Shown here piece by piece: positions 57,568 through 64,000 of a stretch of 64,000 bases of DNA (the stretch's first letter is position 1; every line of letters begins with the position of its first letter). The notes beneath the pieces are model-generated. The model was not told where the DNA came from. It saw only the letters and a list, made by a program, of their open reading frames with translations, and made no database searches. A program made the position numbers and the translations under genes. Origin of the DNA: Alphaproteobacteria bacterium (GTDB lineage: Bacteria > Pseudomonadota > Alphaproteobacteria > Caulobacterales > Caulobacteraceae); contig JANLPK010000052.1 of assembly GCA_031367205.1 (NCBI GenBank), forward strand, positions 4,968 through 68,967, in the 5' to 3' direction.

Positions 57568-58740
57568 ATGGACCTTGGATTCTCAAACGACGATCTAACG
57601 TTTCGCGATGAGGTGCGCGAGCTGATCGCTCAGTCATTTCCAGATCACGACTATGACGGCAGCCGCGAGCATGAGGAGCGCTGGCGCAAAGCCATGGCCT
57701 CCAAGGGATGGTCTGTAAACAAGTGGCCGGTGGAGTATGGCGGACCAGGTTGGTCACCATCGAAGAATTTCATCTGGGAACGGGAGACCACAGCGGCGGG
57801 CCTGCCGCCCCAGGTCGGCGGCATGGGAATGGGCATGCTGGCCCCGATCCTGTTTGGCTATGGCTCCAAGGCCCAGCAAGAACGATTCTTGCCCGACATC
57901 CTGGAGAATAGGGTTCGCTGGTGTCAGGGCTATTCCGAACCCAGCTCCGGCTCCGATCTTGCTTCATTGCGCACCAAGGCGACCCTAGAAGGCGACCACT
58001 ATGTGGTGCAGGGCGAGAAGGTGTGGACCAGCGGGGCGCACACGGCTGACTGGATGTTCTGCCTGACCCGCACATCCACCGGCAACAAGCCGCAGGCCGG
58101 TATCACCTTCCTACTGATCGACATGAGGTCACCAGGTATCTCGATCATCCCGATCATCTCCATCGACGGCACCCACCCGTTCAACCGAGTGGTCTTTGAT
58201 GATGTGAAGGTGCCGGTCGCCAACCGCATCGGTGTTGAAGGCGAAGGTTGGACCTATGCCAAGGGCTTACTGACCCATGAGCGGACCGGTCAGGCCTTCG
58301 TAACGCTATCGCTGGATATGGTCGCCAGGATCCGAGCGGCGGCCTCGCAAATCCCTGGGTCAATCGGCGAGACCCTGATGGACGATCCAGGGTTCGCCGG
58401 TCGCCTAGCCCTGGCTGAGATTGAACTCAAGGCTCTGGAAATGACGGAGCTGCGCACGCTCTGGGAGGTGCAGGCAGGATCGGCACCCGGCGCGCAATCT
58501 TCGATGCTGAAGCTGAAAGGCACCGACATCGTTCAGCGCATGACGGAGTTCTTCGTGGAGTGCGCGGGGCCTTATTCGGCACCCTGGTTCCCGAAGATCA
58601 ACGGCCCGGCGGATCACCCCGGGCCGGGTTGGGTCTTGAAGGAAAACGAGCGCTACTACGAAGCTCGCGCGGCCAGCATCGCCGGCGGCACCGACGAAAT
58701 CCAACGCAACATCATCGCCAAGCAGGTGTTGCGGCTCTGA
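57568..58740 (+). CDS. Acyl-CoA dehydrogenase
   Basis: MDLGFS, WCQGYSEPSSGSDLASL, GEKVWTS, FNRVVFDDV, THER, SIAGGTDEIQRNIIAK. Confidence 0.93.
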   Translation: MDLGFSNDDLTFRDEVRELIAQSFPDHDYDGSREHEERWRKAMASKGWSVNKWPVEYGGPGWSPSKNFIWERETTAAGLPPQVGGMGMGMLAPILFGYGSKAQQERFLPDILENRVRWCQGYSEPSSGSDLASLRTKATLEGDHYVVQGEKVWTSGAHTADWMFCLTRTSTGNKPQAGITFLLIDMRSPGISIIPIISIDGTHPFNRVVFDDVKVPVANRIGVEGEGWTYAKGLLTHERTGQAFVTLSLDMVARIRAAASQIPGSIGETLMDDPGFAGRLALAEIELKALEMTELRTLWEVQAGSAPGAQSSMLKLKGTDIVQRMTEFFVECAGPYSAPWFPKINGPADHPGPGWVLKENERYYEARAASIAGGTDEIQRNIIAKQVLRL

Positions 58741-58743
58741 GAT

Positions 58744-58769
58744 GGTGGGCGCAGCGAGCCGCGCCCACC
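58744..58769. terminator. Stem-loop between convergent ACAD and TonB receptor genes
   Basis: Perfect 9-bp stem GGTGGGCGC/GCGCCCACC with an 8-nt loop in a 39-nt gap. Confidence 0.5.
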
Positions 58770-58779
58770 CTCAAAGACC

Positions 58780-61053
<2,274 letters not shown>

Positions 61054-61194
61054 ACTGTTTCCCTTCATCCCGGCAGAGCCGCCGTCAGATTAAGGGCGCT
61101 GGATAGCGCAGACTTGACGCAAGGTATGTGTCATTTTTGTTACTTAACGCCAAGCTCTACAGTGTAAACGAATAGATCGGCTCTGCCAGAGTGC

Positions 61195-62451
61195 TCAAAT
61201 TGGGTCGGGCTCGGCAATTTCCAGGCGCGGAAGCCAGAGGTGTAGCCAAGCCAGGGCTGCGAGGTAAGAACAGGCGGCGATGATCAGCAAAGGAGCATAG
61301 CCCCTCCCCGCCGTTAGCAGTTCGCCAGCCAACAGTACAATTCCCATGCCGGCAAAATTGCCACATAGGGCTCCGAAACTGGTCACCGTGCCGACCCTGG
61401 TCTTAGGAATGATATCGGCGATGGTAGAGAAGATGCTGACTGAGAAGCCCTGGTGCGCGGCGAGTGTAAGGCCCAGCAGACCAACCGCTACCCAGAGACT
61501 ATCGGCATAGATCGCAAGCGGCACCGGGGTCACCAATAGGGCACAGACAAGCATCATGCCCTTGCGCACAGTATTGAGGCTGTAGCCCCGAGCCATAAGC
61601 CGCGAGCCGATCCACCCAGCGCTGATCGAGCCAATCGCCGCCATGCCATAGACCACCGCCAAGGGTGCGCCGAGCAGCCCTACGGTAAGGCCGAATACGC
61701 GATGGAAAAAGTCCGGGGCCCAGAACAGCAGCAGCCACCAGACTTGGTCAGACATCGCCTTGGCACCAGCCAGACCCCAGGTGCGCCGATCAGAGAACAT
61801 GACCTTGAGATCAGCTAGGGTGTTGCGCGGCTTGCCGGTGTCAGCATTGTTGACGAAAGTTACGCCTCGGGTCACCACCAACCATAGTATGACCCAGATA
61901 AAGCCGATCGCGCCCACCACCACATAGGACCCGCGCCAGCCTATCGCGGCGGCCAGGGCGGGCAGGATCAGAGGCGTAATGATTGCCCCGACATTGCTTG
62001 CACCGTTTGATATACCAAAGGCGACTGACCTCATCTTGGCGGAGAAGACCGAGCCGATGGTCTTGACGAAGGAGGGGGTGCCCATCGACTCCGTCGCGCC
62101 CAGTGCGAGCCGCGCGGCGGAGAACTGACCCATGGTCATTGCCCAGCCATGCGCCATCGCCGCCAAGCTCCAAGCTGCAACGCCGGCTGGTGTAGCCCAC
62201 TTGACCCCAACACGATCGACAATCCAACCTGTTCCGATAAAGGCTAAGGCTGCCGCGAGCTGGAATAGGGAGGCAAGCCTGCCGTAGTCGGCATCCGACC
62301 AGCCCATATCAACCTCGATCATAGGCTTCAGCACCGCGATCACCTGACGGTCCACATAGTTCAGAATGCCGGCTAGAATGACGAGGCCCAAGAGCAGCCA
62401 CCGCCGTCGCTCGGCAGCACTCGGTCTTGTCGTCGCTGTCGCATCATCCAT
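61195..62451 (-). CDS. MFS transporter (ExuT/anion-cation symporter-like)
   Basis: LNYVDRQ, GWIVDRVG, RLALGATES, WWLLLFWAPDFF, AAHQG. Confidence 0.9.
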   Translation of the reverse strand: MDDATATTRPSAAERRRWLLLGLVILAGILNYVDRQVIAVLKPMIEVDMGWSDADYGRLASLFQLAAALAFIGTGWIVDRVGVKWATPAGVAAWSLAAMAHGWAMTMGQFSAARLALGATESMGTPSFVKTIGSVFSAKMRSVAFGISNGASNVGAIITPLILPALAAAIGWRGSYVVVGAIGFIWVILWLVVTRGVTFVNNADTGKPRNTLADLKVMFSDRRTWGLAGAKAMSDQVWWLLLFWAPDFFHRVFGLTVGLLGAPLAVVYGMAAIGSISAGWIGSRLMARGYSLNTVRKGMMLVCALLVTPVPLAIYADSLWVAVGLLGLTLAAHQGFSVSIFSTIADIIPKTRVGTVTSFGALCGNFAGMGIVLLAGELLTAGRGYAPLLIIAACSYLAALAWLHLWLPRLEIAEPDPI

Positions 62452-63208
62452 AGTTCACCTGCACGCCGTCCAAGATCAAAGGGATGGCATTGCGGCGCAG
62501 TCGCCGGGTGCCGGGATTGAGCATCACTTCGGGGGTATACTGCGCCAGATAGACCCGGCGCATGTCTGTCGTCTGATTGGCCCCGCTGGCATGCAGCAGG
62601 TGGCTGGAAAAGGCTACGACGCTGCCTGCAGGCACCTCGATAGCCACACCCTCTTCACTGCCGCGCCAACCTACTAGGTCGTTGGTCCCGGTCTGACGCT
62701 CATGCGGCAATATCCAATCGCGCGAGATCGGCACCTGCGAAAAGGGCAAGACTCGGATCGTCCCATTCTCGATGGTCGCGTCATCCAGCGGACACCAGCA
62801 GGTGAGATAGGCGGCATGATCCACCGGCCCGCCATTACCCACCACATAGCCGCTATCTTGATGCCAGCTGAAGGGCAGCCCCCCATCCGGCCCCTTGACC
62901 ACATATTGGTCGAAGAAGAAGTAGGCGTCTTCGCCCAAGGTAGCCCGGCAGACATCGGCCATCACTGAACTGAACAGCATTCGGCGCAGTGCCGGTTGCT
63001 CCCGCTGGCACTCATTGGCAAAGTAGCGCTTGCCGCGATGGCTGATCCCCAGACTATCAACCCCAGCAGCGTCCATGCGATCGTCCTCACGGGTCACGAA
63101 GGCTGCGCACTGGGCGCGCAAGAGCTCAAGCAGCTCACCCTCAAGCACACGCTCGAAGACGGCATAGCCCTGGTCGGCGAACTGTCGCCGCTGTTGATCG
63201 AAATCCAT
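62444..63208 (-). CDS. PhyH-family Fe(II)/2-oxoglutarate dioxygenase
   Basis: SWHQDSGY, WCPLDDATIENG, LLHASGANQT..MRR. Confidence 0.9.
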   Translation of the reverse strand: MDFDQQRRQFADQGYAVFERVLEGELLELLRAQCAAFVTREDDRMDAAGVDSLGISHRGKRYFANECQREQPALRRMLFSSVMADVCRATLGEDAYFFFDQYVVKGPDGGLPFSWHQDSGYVVGNGGPVDHAAYLTCWCPLDDATIENGTIRVLPFSQVPISRDWILPHERQTGTNDLVGWRGSEEGVAIEVPAGSVVAFSSHLLHASGANQTTDMRRVYLAQYTPEVMLNPGTRRLRRNAIPLILDGVQVNYG

Positions 63209-63257
63209 GGTTTCCACCCCGGTCCGGATCATCCCCAGAAGCTTGGGCCAGCGCAAA

Positions 63258-64000
63258 CTAAAACCCGAGCTCGGACATTTCGACCACCCGCTTCTCCCGC
63301 GCGCTGATCTCAGCGGCCATGCCCATGGCCACAGCGCGCAGGCCGTCATCGGCGGTCACCTGCACCGGTCCTCGTCCCCGCACGGCGTCAATAAAGGCTG
63401 CGATCTGATAGTAGGTGGAGCCATGGTGGGTTCCCGCCTGCAGGATCGTCGGATCGACGGGCACATGGGTGCGCACCGGCGTCTTGGGCGCGCGCAGAGC
63501 CACACGCGGAGAGAACACCAAGTCGCCGGATGGGATGAAGGCCTCAAGCTTCGCCTTGTCGCCCACGGCCGTCAGCGCCTCCTGCTCCTCCGATCCCTCG
63601 GCGAACATGTTGAGGTCCAGCATGGCCCGCACCCCATTGGCGAAATCCACCACGGTGAAGCTGTTGTCGAGGATGTCGGGCTGCTCACCGCCATAGCGCT
63701 CGTCCAGGTGATTGACGTCCATGGCTCCTGAACAGAACACCCGCACCGGCTCGGCCTGCACCACCAACCGCATCAGGTCGAAGAAGTGGCAGCACTTCTC
63801 CACCATGGTGCCGCCGGTATTGCGCGAGAAGCGGTTCCAGTCACCCACCTTCACCAGGAAGGGAAAGCGATGCTCGCGGATGGAGAATTGGACCAGACGG
63901 CCTACGTCGCCATCCTTTATCGCCTCGATGAACTTTGCGGCAGGCGGCATGAAGCGATATTCCATGCCGGTCCAAAACACCCCGTGGTGCGTCTTGGCTT
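63258..64000 (-). CDS. Gfo/Idh/MocA oxidoreductase (5' part outside the window)
   Basis: GMEYRFMP, REHRFPF..K..DWNR, GGTMVEKCCHFFDL, ADDGLRAV. Confidence 0.85.
   Translation of the reverse strand, partial: AKTHHGVFWTGMEYRFMPPAAKFIEAIKDGDVGRLVQFSIREHRFPFLVKVGDWNRFSRNTGGTMVEKCCHFFDLMRLVVQAEPVRVFCSGAMDVNHLDERYGGEQPDILDNSFTVVDFANGVRAMLDLNMFAEGSEEQEALTAVGDKAKLEAFIPSGDLVFSPRVALRAPKTPVRTHVPVDPTILQAGTHHGSTYYQIAAFIDAVRGRGPVQVTADDGLRAVAMGMAAEISAREKRVVEMSELGF

Overview
GC-rich alphaproteobacterial chromosome segment, most consistent with Caulobacteraceae (Phenylobacterium/Caulobacter-like): short TolA, CIR-like repeats, alpha-type LexA box, TonB-dependent receptors. Layout: (1) 1-4.2 kb, a paired acyl-CoA dehydrogenase operon, a small exported protein and an alpha/beta hydrolase; (2) 4.3-13.0 kb, the conserved ruvCAB-ybgC-tolQRAB-pal-cpoB-tilS block (minus strand) with a perfect LexA box upstream; (3) a 437-bp internally deleted ISAs1 relic, then a Cys/Met/His-rich leader gene, an intrinsic terminator and cusCBA Cu(I)/Ag(I) efflux genes; (4) 20.3-44.6 kb, an accessory catabolic island bracketed by two paralogous tandem-TetR regulators, holding three PhyH-family dioxygenases, three SDRs, a hydrolase, a Dke1-like cupin translationally coupled to glyoxalase I, two paralogous GPH transporters, a single-chain acyl-CoA carboxylase, a fused two-domain CoA-transferase, a TonB receptor and a CoA ligase; (5) a multidomain exported serine hydrolase, a DUF6855-like gene, a GH172 gene relic, a GH36 alpha-galactosidase and a De Ley-Doudoroff operon with no dehydratase; (6) a vapBC-type TA pair, a carotenoid-oxygenase gene, two tandem paralogous hotdog-like proteins and an acyl-CoA dehydrogenase; (7) a Gfo/Idh/MocA-PhyH-MFS-TonB receptor operon cut by the window edge. 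Six copies or part-copies of a ~110-116 bp palindromic repeat are dispersed through the window, several starting at TAG stop codons. No rRNA, tRNA or CRISPR array was seen. The best candidate for an undescribed system is the beta-diketone-cleavage/glyoxalase module within the double-TetR island. All family assignments are by motif recognition and recall; no database search was run.
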